Origin: Eledone cirrhosa
Lineage: Eukaryota
Direction: 5' to 3'
DNA: 64,000 bases
Assembly (NCBI GenBank): GCA_964016885.1
Contig: OZ024766.1
Span: forward strand, 14,446,001-14,510,000
Shown here: positions 14,762-27,666 of the stretch, piece by piece
Numbering within the stretch: the first letter of the stretch is position 1
Layout of the letters: every line of letters starts with the position of its first letter
Notes under the pieces: model-generated
The model's input: the letters and a program-made list of their open reading frames with translations, nothing else
Database searches by the model: none
What the model was told of the DNA's origin: nothing
Program-made: the position numbers and the translations under genes

Positions 14762-14841
14762 GGGTGTGTGTATGTGTGTGTATCTACATGTATATATATA
14801 TATAGATACACACACACACCCATATATATATATATGTAGAT

Positions 14842-14880
<39 letters not shown>

Positions 14881-17800
14881 GACACACACATACACATATA
14901 TATATATATGTGTGTGTGTGTGATCTACATATATATGTGTGTATGTGTGTGTGTATCTACATATATACATATATGTATGTGTGTGTGTGTGTGTATCTAC
15001 ATATATGTGTGTGTGTGTGTGTATATCTACATATATGTGTGTGTGTGTGTGTGTGTATCTACATATATATATATGGGTGTGTGTGTGTATCTACATATCT
15101 ACATACATATGTGTGTGTGTGTACATATGTGTGTGTGTGTATCTACATACATGTATGTGTGTGTCTGTGTGTGTATCTACATGTGTGTGTGTGTGTCTAC
15201 ATATGTGTGTGTGTGTATCTACGTATATATGTGTGTGTGTGTCTGTGTGTATCTACATATGTGTGTGTGTGTATATCTACATATATATGTGTGTGCGTGT
15301 GTGTATCTACATATATATGTGTGTGTGTGTGTATCTACATACATATATGTGTGTGTGTGTGTATCTACATACATATGTGTGTGTGTGTATATCTACATAT
15401 ATGTGTGTGTGTGTATCTACATATATGTGTGTGTGTGTATCTACATATGTGTATGTGTGTGTATCTATATATATGTGTGTGTGTGTGTATCTACATATGT
15501 GTGTGTGTGTGTATCTACATATATGTGTGTGTGTATCTACATATATATGTGTGTATGTGTGTATATCTACATATATGTGTGTGTGTGTGTATCTACATAT
15601 ATATGTGTGTGTGTGTATATCTACATATATGTGTGTGTGTGTATCTACATATGTGTGTGTGTGTGTGTGTATCTACATATGTGTGTGTGTGTATATCTAC
15701 ATATATGTGTGTGTGTGTATCTACATATGTGTGTGTGTGTATCTACATATGTGTGTGTGTGTATCTACATATATATGTGTGTGTGTGTGTATATCTACAT
15801 ATATGTGTGTGTGTGTGTGTGTATCTACATATGGGTGTGTGTGTGTGTATCTACATATCTACATATATATGTGTGTGTGTGTATCTACATACATATGTGT
15901 GTGTGTGTGTGCATATGTGTGTGTGTGTGTGTGTGTACATATGTGTGTGTGTGTATCTACATATATGTGTGTGTGTGTGTACATATGTGTGTGTGTGTAT
16001 CTACATACATATATGTGTGTGTGTGTGTACATATGTGTGTGTGTGTATCTACATACATATGTGTGTGTGTGTGTGTATCTACATATATGTGTGTGTGTGT
16101 ACATGTGTGTGTGTATCTACATACATATATGTGTGTGTGTGTGTGTGTATCTACATATATGTGTGTGTGTGTGTACATGTGTGTGTGTATCTACATAATA
16201 TATGTGTGTGTGTGTGTGTGTGTATCTACATATATATGTGTGTGTGTGTATCCACATGTGTGTGTGTGTGTATCTACATATATGTGTGTGTGTGTATCCA
16301 CATGTGTGTGTGTATCTACATATATGTGTGTGTGTATCTACATATGTGTGTGTGTGTATATCTACATATATATGTGTGTGTGTGTATATCTACATATGTG
16401 TGTGTGTGTATATCTACATATATGTGTGTGTGTGTAACTACATATATATGTGTGTATGTGTGTATATCTACATATATGTGTGTGTGTGTATCTACATATA
16501 TGTGTGTGTGTGTATCTACATATGTGTGTGTGTGTATCTACATATGTGTGTGTGTATCTACATATGTGTGTGTATCTACATATATGTGTGTGTGTATCTA
16601 TATATGTGTGTTTGTGTATCTACATATGTGTGTGTGTGTATCTACATATATGTGTGTGTGTATCTACATATGTGTGTGTGTGTGTATATCTACATATATA
16701 TGTGTGTGTGTGTGTATATCTACATATATGTGTGTGTGTGTGTGTGTATCTACATACATGTGTGTGTGTGTGTGTATCTACATATATTTGTGTGTGTGTG
16801 TACATATGTGTGTGTGTGTATCTACATACATATATGTGTGTGTGTGTGTATCTACATATATGTGTGTGTGTGTACATATGTGTGTGTGTGTATCTACATA
16901 CATATATGTGTGTGTGTGTGTATCTACATACATGTGTGTGTGTGTGTGTATCTACATATATGTGTGTGTGTACATATGTGTGTGTGTGTATCTACATACA
17001 TATATGTGTGTGTGTGTGTGTGTATCTACATATATGTGTGTGTGTGTGTATCTACATATATATGTGTGTGTGTGTATCCACATGTGTGTGTGTATCTACA
17101 TATATGTGTGTGTGTGTATCCACATGTGTGTGTGTGTGTATCTACATATATATGTGTGTGTGTGTGTGTATCCACATGTGTTTGTGTATCTACATATATG
17201 TGTGTGTGTGTATCTATATGTGTGTGTGTGTATATCTACATATGTGTGTGTGTGTATATCTACATATATGTGTGTGTGTGTATCTACATATGTGTGTGTG
17301 TGTGTATATCTACATATATGTGTGTGTGTGTGTGTATCTACATATGGGTGTGTGTGTATCTACATATCTACATATATATGTGTGTGTGTGTGTATCTACA
17401 TACATATGTGTGTGTGTGTACATATGTGTGTGTGTGTATCTACATACATATATGTGTGTGTGTGTGTGTATCTACATATATGTGTGTGTGTGTGTGTACA
17501 TATGTGTGTGTGTGTATCTACATACATATATGTGTGTGTGTGTGTGTGTGTATCTACATATATGTGTGTGTGTATGCACATATGTGTGTGTGTGTGTATC
17601 TACATGTGCGTGTATGTGTGTGTATATCTACATATGTGTGTATGTGTGTGTATATCTACATATATGTGTGTGTGTGTGTATATCTACATATATGTGTGTG
17701 TGTGTGTATCTACATATATATGTGTGTGTGTGTGTGTATCTACATATGTGTGTGTGTGTGTGTGTGTATCTACACATGTGTGTGTGTGTGTGTATCTACA

Positions 17801-20800
17801 TATGTGTGTGTGTGTGTGTGTATCTACATATGTGTGTGTGTGTGTGTGTATCTACATATATGTGTGTGTGTGTGTGTATGTACATATGTGTGTGTGTGTG
17901 TGTGTATCTACATATGTGTGTGTGTGTGTGTGTATCTACATATGTGTGTGTGTGTGTGTATCTACATATATGTGTGTGTGTGTGTGTATGTACACATGTG
18001 TGTGTGTGTGTGTATCTACATATGTGTGTGTGTGTGTGTGTATCTACATATGTGTGTGTGTATCTACATATATGTGTGTGTGTGTGTATCTACATATATG
18101 TGTGTGTGTGTGTGTATGTACATATGTGTGTGTGTGTGTGTGTATCTACATATGTGTGTGTGTGTGTGTGTATCTACATATGTGTGTGTGTGTGTGTATC
18201 TACATATATGTGTGTGTGTGTGTGTGTATGTACACATGTGTGTGTGTGTGTGTATCTACATATGTGTGTGTGTGTGTGTGTATCTACATATGTGTGTGTG
18301 TGTGTGTATCTACATATATGTGTGTGTGTGTGTGTGTATGTACACATGTGTGTGTGTGTGTGTATCTACATATGTGTGTGTGTGTGTGTGTATCTACATA
18401 TGTGTGTGTGTGTGTGTGTATCTACATATATGTGTGTGTGTGTGTATCTACATATGTGTGTGTGTGTGTGTGTGTGTATGTACACATGTGTGTGTGTGTG
18501 TGTGTACACATGTGTGTGTGTGTGTGTGTGTATATCTACATATGTGTGTGTGTGTGTGTGTATATCTACATATGTGTGTGTGTGTGTGTATCTACACATG
18601 TGTGTGTGTGTGTGTGTGTATGTACACATGTGTGTGTGTGTGTGTGTATATCTACATATGTGTGTGTGTGTGTGTGTATATCTACATATGTGTGTGTGTG
18701 TGTGTATCTACACATGTGTGTGTGTGTGTGTGTGTATGTACACATGTGTGTGTGTGTGTGTGTATGTACACATGTGTGTGTGTGTGTGTGTGTGTATGTA
18801 CACATGTGTGTGTGTGTGTGTGTATGTACACATGTGTGTGTGTGTGTGTGTGTGTATGTACACACATATGTGTGTGTGTGTGTGTATGTACACATGTGTG
18901 TGTGTGTGTGTGTATGTACACATGTGTGTGTGTGTGTATGTACACATGTGTGTGTGTGTGTGTACATGTTGTTGTTTAGACAATACTTACAGCAGTAAGT
19001 ATATGTATTAAGTCCCATCATTAAAGAGACAACATAAGGAGGCCCCATGGTGGCATCTTGACATTAATGGCTGAATAAAAACCAGAGATTATTGAGTAAA
19101 AGAAAGAAATGTTGATATTCCATATCATTGTTAACTTACTGTTCCATTGTTCCTCCTGCAGCTCTGTCACCTGGAACAGGGCTGGCATGAGACCCCAACA
19201 TCTCTATTATAGCTGGGTATCCTTCACGTTTGGCCAGTTGTAAAGCTGTCAGACCTTTGACATTTACAATACTTAAGTCTGTTTCTGGCCTTGACAGCAA
19301 CACCTCCACAACCTCTGTATCTCCCATATATACAGCCCCATGTAAAGGCGTATTACCATTACAACTCCTCACATTCAGGTCAGCTCCCCCGGCTATCAAT
19401 AGCTTTACCATGGCAACACTCCTCCCCCACCCCCCTACAGCCCAATGTAAAGGTGTTAACCCAATTCTATTTCCTTGATTGATCTGAAAATGTAAAAATA
19501 TATTAAATATGGTGGGAGTGAGAGTGAAGGGGAGACTATGTAGTAAGAGAGGGGGCGAGTGGAGGTGTGGGGAGAGAATTAACAATAGACGAGAGAGAGA
19601 GAGAGGGGAAGAGAGAGTGAGAGCGGTAAATAGAGAGTGAGTAAGACAGAGTAAAAGAGTGAGAGAGAGGGAGAAATAGAGAGCGAGGGGAGAAAAGAGG
19701 GAGAGAGAGAGGAAGAAAAGTGAGAGAGAAAGAGAGAGTGAGAAATTCGTATCTGTACCCCCCCCCCGTCCTTCTTAAATTTTTGTATTAAATAAATAGA
19801 TTAATTCACACACACACACACACACACACACGTAGACAGATACACATACACACAGAAATACATAGAAAGATACACATATATACTCACACACAGACACATA
19901 CATACATACATACACAGACATATTCGTAGACCGATACACACGTATATACACACAGACAGTAACACACATACACACACAGACAGTCACACACGGACACACA
20001 GACAGTCACACACGGACACACAGACAGACACACACATACACATACACACACACAGACAGTCACACACACACACAGACAGTCACACAGACACACACACACG
20101 GACACACAGACACAAACAAATCCATACAGAGTGGTAGTAGCAGTAAGAGTAGACAACAGTGATAGTAGGAGGAAGGTGTGACGTCATAAGATAGACGCTA
20201 CAGAAAGAAATGGTGGAAATATGTAAATGTCTCTAATTTGAGTTAAGTTTGACTTATTTCTCTCATTTAATGACAGAAATATGACAATAATCTATATATA
20301 TAATTCCCGTTCTGTGTGTGTGTAAAAGAGTTTCACTTGGAAAATATTCCATCCATCTCTGTCAAATTAAACACATAGCCAAAATAGGCTACGGTCTGTA
20401 ACATAAAGAAAAAATTATTTCATAATGATTAATTTCGAAGTCACAAACTTCGATTTTATAATCTTATAGGCTTTTGCACTAACAAATTCCATGACGGCCA
20501 TTAAAGAGAGAGAGCGTTCCTTTTACACACTTCTTAACTGTCCCCCTTCCACAACACGACGTTATGGGATGGTATGTGTATGTGCGTGTGTATATGTGTG
20601 TGTATGTGTTTGTGTGTGTATGTGTGCGTGCATGTGTGTGTGTGTGTGTGTAATTTCCATAACGGCCAGAGAGAGAAGGATGTGTGAGAAGGAGATAGAA
20701 AGAGAGGAGTGAAAGAGAGAGAGAGAGTAAAATAAAGAAAGAGAGGAGTGTGTGTGACTTAACTCTCCCCCTTCCACAACGTCACGTCTTGGGATTATGT

Positions 20801-20811
20801 GTGTGTGTGTA

Positions 20812-20843
<32 letters not shown>

Positions 20844-23761
20844 TATGTGTGTGTGTGTGTGTGTGTTTGTGTGTATGTGTGTATGTGTGTGTATGTGTGT
20901 GTGTGTATGTGTGTATGTTTGTGTGTGTATGTGTGTGTGTGTACGTGCGTATGTGTGTGCGTGTGTGCATGTGTGTGTATAAATGTGTTAATTGTAAGAA
21001 ATAACAGACGATACTTTTTATTCAAAAAATTAAACTCTAAAGCAGTTTTGATGTCATAAATCATATTTTCAAAGTGAAAATCGTCATTTCTTTAATACTT
21101 ATTCAGAGGTTGAAATATATTTACTGTTTGTCTTTTGGTTTTTAATCAAATATTTACACATTGCTCAACCGACACTGCTAAACACGATATTAGCAAAATT
21201 ATTTTGTAAGTATGAAAATCTAATATATAATTCCCGTGTAGAAAAAGCAGATGATAAAATATACTTTTTCGTCTTGCTTATTATTACAAAAATTTACACA
21301 TTGTACACAACTATTTATTTCTTTTAATTGATTTGTATCAGCTTTATTCAATTACATATTTTCGGTAGAATGCCTCGAAAAAGAAAGAGTAACATTGGAA
21401 AAAAAACAAAAAATGCTTTTGCTTTGCGTTCTTTGCGCGCAAGCGAAACAGAAGAACAATGTGTGCTACGGCGTGCTCGCAATGCTGCTTCTACCTCGAT
21501 CGCCAGAGCATTACAAACAACTGAACAAGCAGAACTCCAGCGTGCTCACAATGCTGCTTCTACTTTGAACATCAGAGCATTACAGAAAGCTGAACAAGCA
21601 GAACTCCGGCGTGCTCGCAATGCTGCTTCTAATTCCAATAGCCGTGCTTTAGAGACTGTTGACCAAAGGGCAACAAGGCTTGCGGCTGATTCTCAACGGA
21701 AAATGCGTACTTATGTCTTTCCGAGGGATTCTTCCTGTTACTGGTCTAAGAAAGGTTTTCAATACAACCCCCAAGAGGACTACGCATCCCATCCACATAT
21801 CATCATTGGTAGTATGTCAACTGTTTGCGTCCATTGTAATGCAATGAGGTGGCCAGCGGAATCTACCGGTATATGTTGCTCCAATGGAACGGTTAGATTG
21901 CCTTATTTACAAGTCGGTGCCGAACCTTTGAATTCTTTGCTGCTTGGAGACCACCCTGATTCTAAACACTTTTTCAGAAATATAAGAGCCTACAGTTCGG
22001 CTTTCCAAATGACAAGCTTTGGTCATACACCAATAAAAGATGGGAATTATATGCCCACATTTAAAGTGCAAGGCCAAATTTACCATCAAATAGAATCACT
22101 TATTCCACAAGATGGCAAAGAACACAGTTTTCTCCAGATCTACTTTATGGGCAACGGACCTGAAGAAATTGCACGAAGGGCTTCAGTTGCTAAAGGAACG
22201 ACACCTTCTCTTCTGCAGCCCCTTCAATATATGCTTCATTCCATAAACCCGTACATCACCATTTTCAAAACTGCTTTACAACGTAGAGATGCTGACAACA
22301 ATCAATACAAGGTTGTCATTCGAAATGACCGCGATCCACCAGGGCAACATCAGGGTTGCTTTAATAGACCCCAAACCGATGAAGTTGCGGTGATTATAAC
22401 ACGTCCTAATCAGAGCGCTTCAAACCGTGATATTGTTATTGAATGGCAGGACTCGCATCTTCAAAAAATAAATGAACTTCATCCCGCATATGATGCTCTC
22501 CAGTATCCATTGCTGTTCCCCTTTGGCGACGATGGCTACCGCATTGATTTGCAAAAGTGTAATCCTGTAAGTTTAATGCCTCTTACACCAGGGAAAACCA
22601 TTTCACAAATGGAATTTTATGCATTTGTGAAAAACGACGTCAACATTCTGCATAGAACACGGATGCTCCACAATCAATACTGTGTAGACATATTTGCTAA
22701 GATTGACACTGAACGCCTCCAATGGATAAGACATCATCAAAAGGAACTGCGTTCAGAAGAATACGGCAATCTACGTGACAAAGTAAACCGAAATGATCAG
22801 GCTAATGCTTCGGATGTTGGGCTTTCTGTCATTCTCCCATCATCATACACTGGAGGCCCCCGTTACATGCATGAAAAAATGCAGGATGCTCTGACCTATG
22901 TCCGCCATTGTGGCCGTCCTGATCTTTTTATCACCTTTACATGCAATCCAAAATGGTTTGACATCCAGTCTCATTTACTGTTTGTCTTTCGGTTATTAAT
23001 AAAAAAAATTACACATTGTTCAACCGACACGGCTAACGATACATTTCTCTATGTTCACATTTTAATGACACATATCTGTAAATAAAACTTGCTCTTTTTG
23101 AATACCGTCTCATTTTGTTTTATTGAAAGAGTTGATCAGGTAAAATTATCCTCCAAGTTAAACATACAACACGGAAATTGACCATTAACATTGCAGCCCT
23201 ACCAAGAACTGACACCGTCCAATGGACGGGGGTCATTTGCTAGTTAAATATAAATTAACATGTTGCCAATGGATTCTCTACATTTTATTTTGTCTCTCTT
23301 GGAAAACTATTTCCATGTGAAAAGAAAGGTTTAATTTGTCGTCTGTTTGACAGGGTCTTTATTGAGGGGGGTGCAAGACAGATGCGGTGGCAGTGTTAGT
23401 AGAAAATTACAGAGAGAGTGAGGGAGGTGTTTATTGATAGTGGCGAAGGTGGAGAACGAGAGGGAAGACAGGGAGGGGGAGGGAATGAGGGAGAGGGAGG
23501 GAACGAGAGAGAGAGAAAAAGAGAAAGAGGGATGGAAAGAAAGAGAGAGAGGTAAGAAGTTAGAGAGAATGAGGAAAGTTTATCTGTCTGTGTGGCTGTC
23601 TGTCAGTCTAGCATATAGTTGACAAGGGAGATAATCAATTGGACAAACTTGGTGATATTTCGTTTTGAAAGAACATTTTTTGAGAGAGAGAGAACGTGTG
23701 AGAGAGTGAGAGAGAGAGAGAGAGATAGAGAGAACATGTGTGAGAGAGAGAGAGAGAGAAC

Positions 23762-23800
<39 letters not shown>

Positions 23801-23830
23801 GGAGAGAGAGAGAGAGAGAGAGAGAGAACA

Positions 23831-23863
<33 letters not shown>

Positions 23864-25502
23864 ACATGTGTGAGAGAGAGAGAGAGAGAGAGAGGTAGAT
23901 AAATATATAAATAGAGTGAGGGTGAGAGATAGATAGCTAGGTAGACAGACAGATAGATAGATAAATTGCCAAGGGTAGATAGGTGGATATTATACATAAA
24001 TTGATAAATATACAATGATTTGGAAATATTTTCAGTATTTATCAATAGTGATGGTCATATTGAACAATAATCAATAGAATCAGACAAATCTACAGAGTGT
24101 ATATGTTGACCCACCTTAATAGCAGGTGTGTTGATTAACAACTGTGCAATATCTGTACAGTTGTTAAGGACGGCCATGTGGAGTGGAGTATTCCCTTCTT
24201 TATTCAGACAATTTGCATCCACTCCAGAGGACAGCAAGGATTTCACCTCTTCATAGTTTTTTCTGAAAGTAGTAGAAATAAATACAAATACACATATATA
24301 GGAAATGAAGGCACATGGCTTAGTGGTTAGTGTGTTCTACTGAAGATCATAAGGTTGTGAGTTTGAGTCCTGGGGATGGCTTGTGTCCTTGAGCAAGACA
24401 CTTTATTACATGATGATCCAGTCTACTCAGCTAGCAAAACTGAGTTGTACCAGTAATACAAAGGGTCAGCCTTGTTAATCTGCTTATCCTTGAGAACTAC
24501 AATAAAGGTACACATTCATGTCTGTAAAGTGGTTGGTGATAGGAAGGGCATCCAGACCAGGATACTGGAATAGCCTAGCACCCTCATCTAGGAACATCAA
24601 CTGATACATCAGTAAGGACCAGTGATGGTGAGGCTGAGATGCTGAAAGAGCCAAGCACCTTCACCGAGGAGCATCAAGTGACACATCAGTAAAGCATGGT
24701 GATGGTGAAACTAAGATACTGCAATAGCCAAGTACCCTCACCTATGAGTATCAACTGATATATCAATAAAGCATGGTGATGGTGAGGCTGAGATACTGGA
24801 ATAGCCAAGCACCTTTACATAAGAGCACCATGAGATACATCAGTGAAGCCAAGTGATGGTGAGACTGAGATACTGGAATAACCAAGTTCTCTCACCAGGG
24901 AATATCAACTGGTATGACCGTAAGGCCTGGTGATGGCGAGGCTGAGATGCTGGAATAGCCAAGCACCTTTACATAAGAGCACCATGAGATACATCAGTAA
25001 AGCCAGGTGATGGTGAGACTGAGATACTGGAATAACCAAGCTCTCTCACCAGGGAGTATCAACTGGTATGACCGTAAGGCCTGGTGATGGTGAGGCTGAG
25101 ATGCTGGAATAGCCAAGCACCTTTACATAAGAGCACCATGAGATACATCAGTAAAGCCAGGTGATGGTGAGACTGAGATACTGGAATAACCAAGCTCTCT
25201 CACCAGGGAGTATCAACTGGTATGACCGTAAGGCCTGGTGATGGTGAGGCTGAGATGCTGGAATAGCCAAGCAGCCTCACCACCAGGAACATCACCTGAT
25301 ACATTGGTAAGTGAAGCCACCAACAAGAACAAGAGCCTAATTGTCAATGGCTACCAACTCCCCCATGAAAGTATGAAATAAATCAAACAGAATAGAAATA
25401 ATTGTTGTAAACTTACTGTAAAACAGCTTCATGTAGTGCTTTGTTACCAGTTCTGTCATCCTTTAGCTGTAAACTAGCTGCTGCTCCACTTAATTTCTCC
25501 AT
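4374..25502 (-). CDS. Spliced gene: ankyrin repeats x5 + C3HC4 RING + death domain (~406 aa; 356 aa if exons 5-6 are skipped)
   Basis: Manually joined exons 25502-25417, 24262-24115, 19483-19140, 13318-13104, 9418-9328, 8521-8463, 6978-6907 and 4579-4374. All introns are GT-AG, phases 2,0,2,1,2,1,1 are consistent, and the total is 1221 nt ending in TAG. Confidence 0.8.
4935..6270 (-). mobile_element. RTE-clade LINE fragment (RT plus PHD-like insert)
   Basis: LYLAFVDLEKAFDR, GVHQGSVLSPLLF, ELLYADDLVL; Cys-rich CSICRKGVGINSIKCTQCRSWVHKGCSG; stops present; (GAT)n tail near 4935-4955. Confidence 0.9.
6907..6978 (-). CDS. Exon 7: death domain, N-terminal helices
   Basis: attttttcag|GG; (R)SQKPNEKVLWKVAGLLVENWYAV(G); donor G|gtgagt; phase 1-1. 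Confidence 0.8.
8463..8521 (-). CDS. Exon 6: internally deleted duplicate of the RING exon
   Basis: cttttacag|A GCT GTA TGT CCC CCA TGT... = AVCPPCKVNKATNKSMDEF; donor A|gtaagt; same phases as exon 4. Confidence 0.6.
9328..9418 (-). CDS. Exon 5: diverged duplicate of exon 1
   Basis: Same 91-nt length and splice sites as 25417-25507; (T)KMEKLSGAAAGLQVKEDRTGNTRIHEAVS(Q); in frame. Confidence 0.6.
9440..10410 (-). mobile_element. RTE LINE 3' fragment with tail
   Basis: LERNEACMLRWMC, WRLCWYGHVM, GRPRKTWDEL; 3' UTR motif ggttggtgttaggaa..catccagc and (GAT)n. Confidence 0.85.
10768..10905 (+). mobile_element. tRNA-derived SINE family B
   Basis: A box TGGCTTAGTGG, B box GTTCAATTC, core TCCTTGAGCAAGACACTTTATTTC. 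Copies at about 24308, 48626, 50350 and 8310-8420(-). Confidence 0.75.
13104..13318 (-). CDS. Exon 4: C3HC4 RING finger (IAP/MIB spacing) with internal 36-bp triplication
   Basis: cttttacag|A; SVCPPC-[KVKKATNTSTPC]x3-PHKVACGKCCSTIEHCPQCGMTVCTVDEF; donor A|gtaagt, phase 1. Confidence 0.85.
14620..18968. repeat. 4.3-kb compound microsatellite: (GT)n punctuated by ATCTACATAT or ATGTACAC
   Basis: Direct inspection; source of the spurious CVY ORFs. Confidence 0.97.
19140..19483 (-). CDS. Exon 3: ankyrin repeats 3-5
   Basis: acattttcag|ATC; motifs GLTPLHWAV, GNTPLHGAV, GLTALQLA; donor CA|gtaagt, phase 2. Confidence 0.92.
20291..23243 (+). mobile_element. Helitron, internally deleted, both termini present
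   Basis: 5' A|TCTATATATATAAT at 20291; 3' hairpin CCGTCC-aat-GGACGG (23215-23229) followed by CTAG|T at 23240-23243; contains a Rep-Hel N-terminal ORF. Confidence 0.85.
21370..23085 (+). pseudogene. Truncated Helitron Rep-helicase ORF (N-terminus to Rep motif 1)
   Basis: MPRKRKS start, basic coiled repeats, Cys cluster CVHC...ICCSNG, FKVQGQIYH, YDALQYPLLFPFG, ILPSSYTGGPRYM, RPDLFITFTCNPKW. Homology ends near 22980; no HUH motif or helicase. Confidence 0.9.
24115..24262 (-). CDS. Exon 2: ankyrin repeats 1-2
   Basis: ctactttcag|A; KNYEEVKSLLSSGVDANCLNKEGNTPLHMAVLNNCTDIAQLLINTPAIK; donor AAG|gtgggt, phase 0. Confidence 0.9.
24560..25305. repeat. 77-bp minisatellite with A/B alternation (154-bp higher-order repeat)
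   Basis: GATGG(T/C)GAG(A/G)CTGAGAT recurs at 24855, 24932, 25009, 25086, 25163 and 25240; a shorter paralog lies at about 8972-9220. Confidence 0.9.
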
Positions 25503-25507
25503 TTTAG
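25417..25507 (-). CDS. Exon 1 (ATG at 25502): start of ankyrin repeat 1
   Basis: attaacag|CTAAAATG...; translates MEKLSGAAASLQLKDDRTGNKALHEAVL(Q); donor CA|gtaagt, phase 2. Confidence 0.8.
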
Positions 25508-27666
25508 CTGTTAATATATATATATTTATATATATACACACACATGTATGCATATACATATGCGAGTGTGTTTTATTAAACGTAACTTAACGTTAAAAGC
25601 TTAAATGTAAGATTTTTGCCTATGAAAATTAATCTAAAAAAAGTGGACACCATTGCCTATGTGACTTAAACTCACATTTGCCTTATACAGGACATCTGTG
25701 CTTACCAGTTGCAATCAACATATATATATATATATATATACATATATGTATATATATATATATATATATATACACTCCCGTCCCACTAACCCCACCTCCA
25801 CCGCCATCTACACCACCCCTTTGATGTAAAGCTATGTTTGTACCACAACATCCAGTCCTAAATAAATGAGGTTGTGTAGTTGTCACGACAAAAAAACACA
25901 GTCCACACTGTAATGTGGCCGTGTAGGTAACACGGTAAAAACCTCCCAGTTCCACACTGTAAACGTGGTTGGTGTTAGGAAGGGTACCCAGCCGTAGAAA
26001 ACCCGCCAGACAGTCCTGAGCAAGACAACCAACCTCGCCTCAAGTGGGACAATTCCCGTCCAGACCCATGCTAGCATGGAAAATGGACGTTAAACGATGA
26101 TGATGATAATGATATATATATATATGGGTGTGTATGTGTATGTATATATATATGTGTATGTATGTGTATATATATATGTGTATGTATGTATGTGTTGATA
26201 TCTGTTTGTATGTAGTATATATGGACTGTAGATATATTTACATATAGGGAAGTGAATATGTGAGCCAGCATGTCCCCCCCCCCCACCCTTCCTGTCCCAA
26301 ACCAATATCAACAACACATCTTTGACAAATCTTCCCAAACTATCCTTCTTTTCTCTTTTTCCTGTCATCCCATTCTTATCAAAAGACATGTATCTTACAC
26401 CTCATTAAAACCCAGACAAGCACCTAAATTCATCTTTGATATAGAAATTTGTAGAAGATATTCTTTATGGATTTGGAAGAGTTGATTCAGCTATGCCATT
26501 ATATACTCATCAAAGGTCAGCTAATGAAATAAAACCAGCAGGAGAGTATGTTTACAACTACCTTCTCAAACACCCTTATCTTACAACCTCACCATTTTCT
26601 GAGTGTATATATGTGTGTGTATGAGTGTATGTGTGTGTGTGTATGCTTTAATTCCTATGGACCTTCATCATCATCAACACTCATTAACACCACATGCCAA
26701 CCCCAGACACATCCAAATCTCTCTCTTATATATAGTCACACATTTCAACACAACCTGATCTCAGTTTGACAATCTCCACAGACAGAAGAATGCGAGAAAG
26801 TTCTCCAACCCAAGTTAACCAGGAATCTATAAAATTCTTCCCACCAAAGTTAAAGAACTTACTGGATCTATCAACTCATAATATTATAATATTATAAAAA
26901 TTAAATCAAACATGTTTTAACACTACAAATGACATCATTCTTTTCCTTTTTTTCAAATATACCTAACTGTACCAAGGATCTCACACATTTTCCAATATAT
27001 ATATACATATATATACACATACAAGGGTGAGTCAAAATATAATGCAATTTTTGTCATAGAAAACATACTTCGGCACTGGGCATATCAAAAGATCGAAATA
27101 ATGGAGGTAAACTTTGTTCCATCATTATCTTTTCCTGCTTATTTCAAGATTCAGTTCTATTAAAATGTCCAAATGTCAATACTTCCAGCTACGATATAAT
27201 GGACGCTATATCACATCGCTTATATTTCCATCACTAATTTTCTCCTTTTTCGTTTTCATAAAATTTCACCATGATGCAGTTTATATATAATATCATCTTT
27301 TTTAAATGTATCATGGATTACTTTACTGATTACAGAAGAAAGTGTAACACACTCTCTTCAATTTCTGTGGATATTGTCAATTACAATTTTATTTGAGGTA
27401 TCATATCTACATGTATGTATATTTGTGTATAATATCTATATACACACTACACATGCCAGCAGAAAACCAACCGAAGGGTGTATATAACAGCAACAACAAC
27501 AAAACAAGACAAAGATTACCAGGTAACTTACTTTTTCGTCTATTTTACATTGTTTAGTCTTATATCACTTTCCACATTTTACGTATGTGTGTGTATTTAT
27601 ATATATATATATATATATATGCTGTGGTTATCCCGATCTTACTCGGGATCTCTCACACACACACAT

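Noticed and set aside
14622-19011. ORFs of up to 1458 aa rich in C/V/Y
   Set aside because: Translations of the (GT)n/(AT)n microsatellite, open in several frames.
19136-19138. Stop codon ending the ankyrin ORF (likewise at 13096)
   Set aside because: The TAA lies within or just after a gtaagt splice donor, and the frame continues in the next exon.
13104-25502. Calling the gene mind bomb (mib1/mib2) or an IAP
   Set aside because: No MZM/ZZ/Mib repeats or BIR domains were found, there is only one complete RING, and a death domain follows, so no symbol was assigned.
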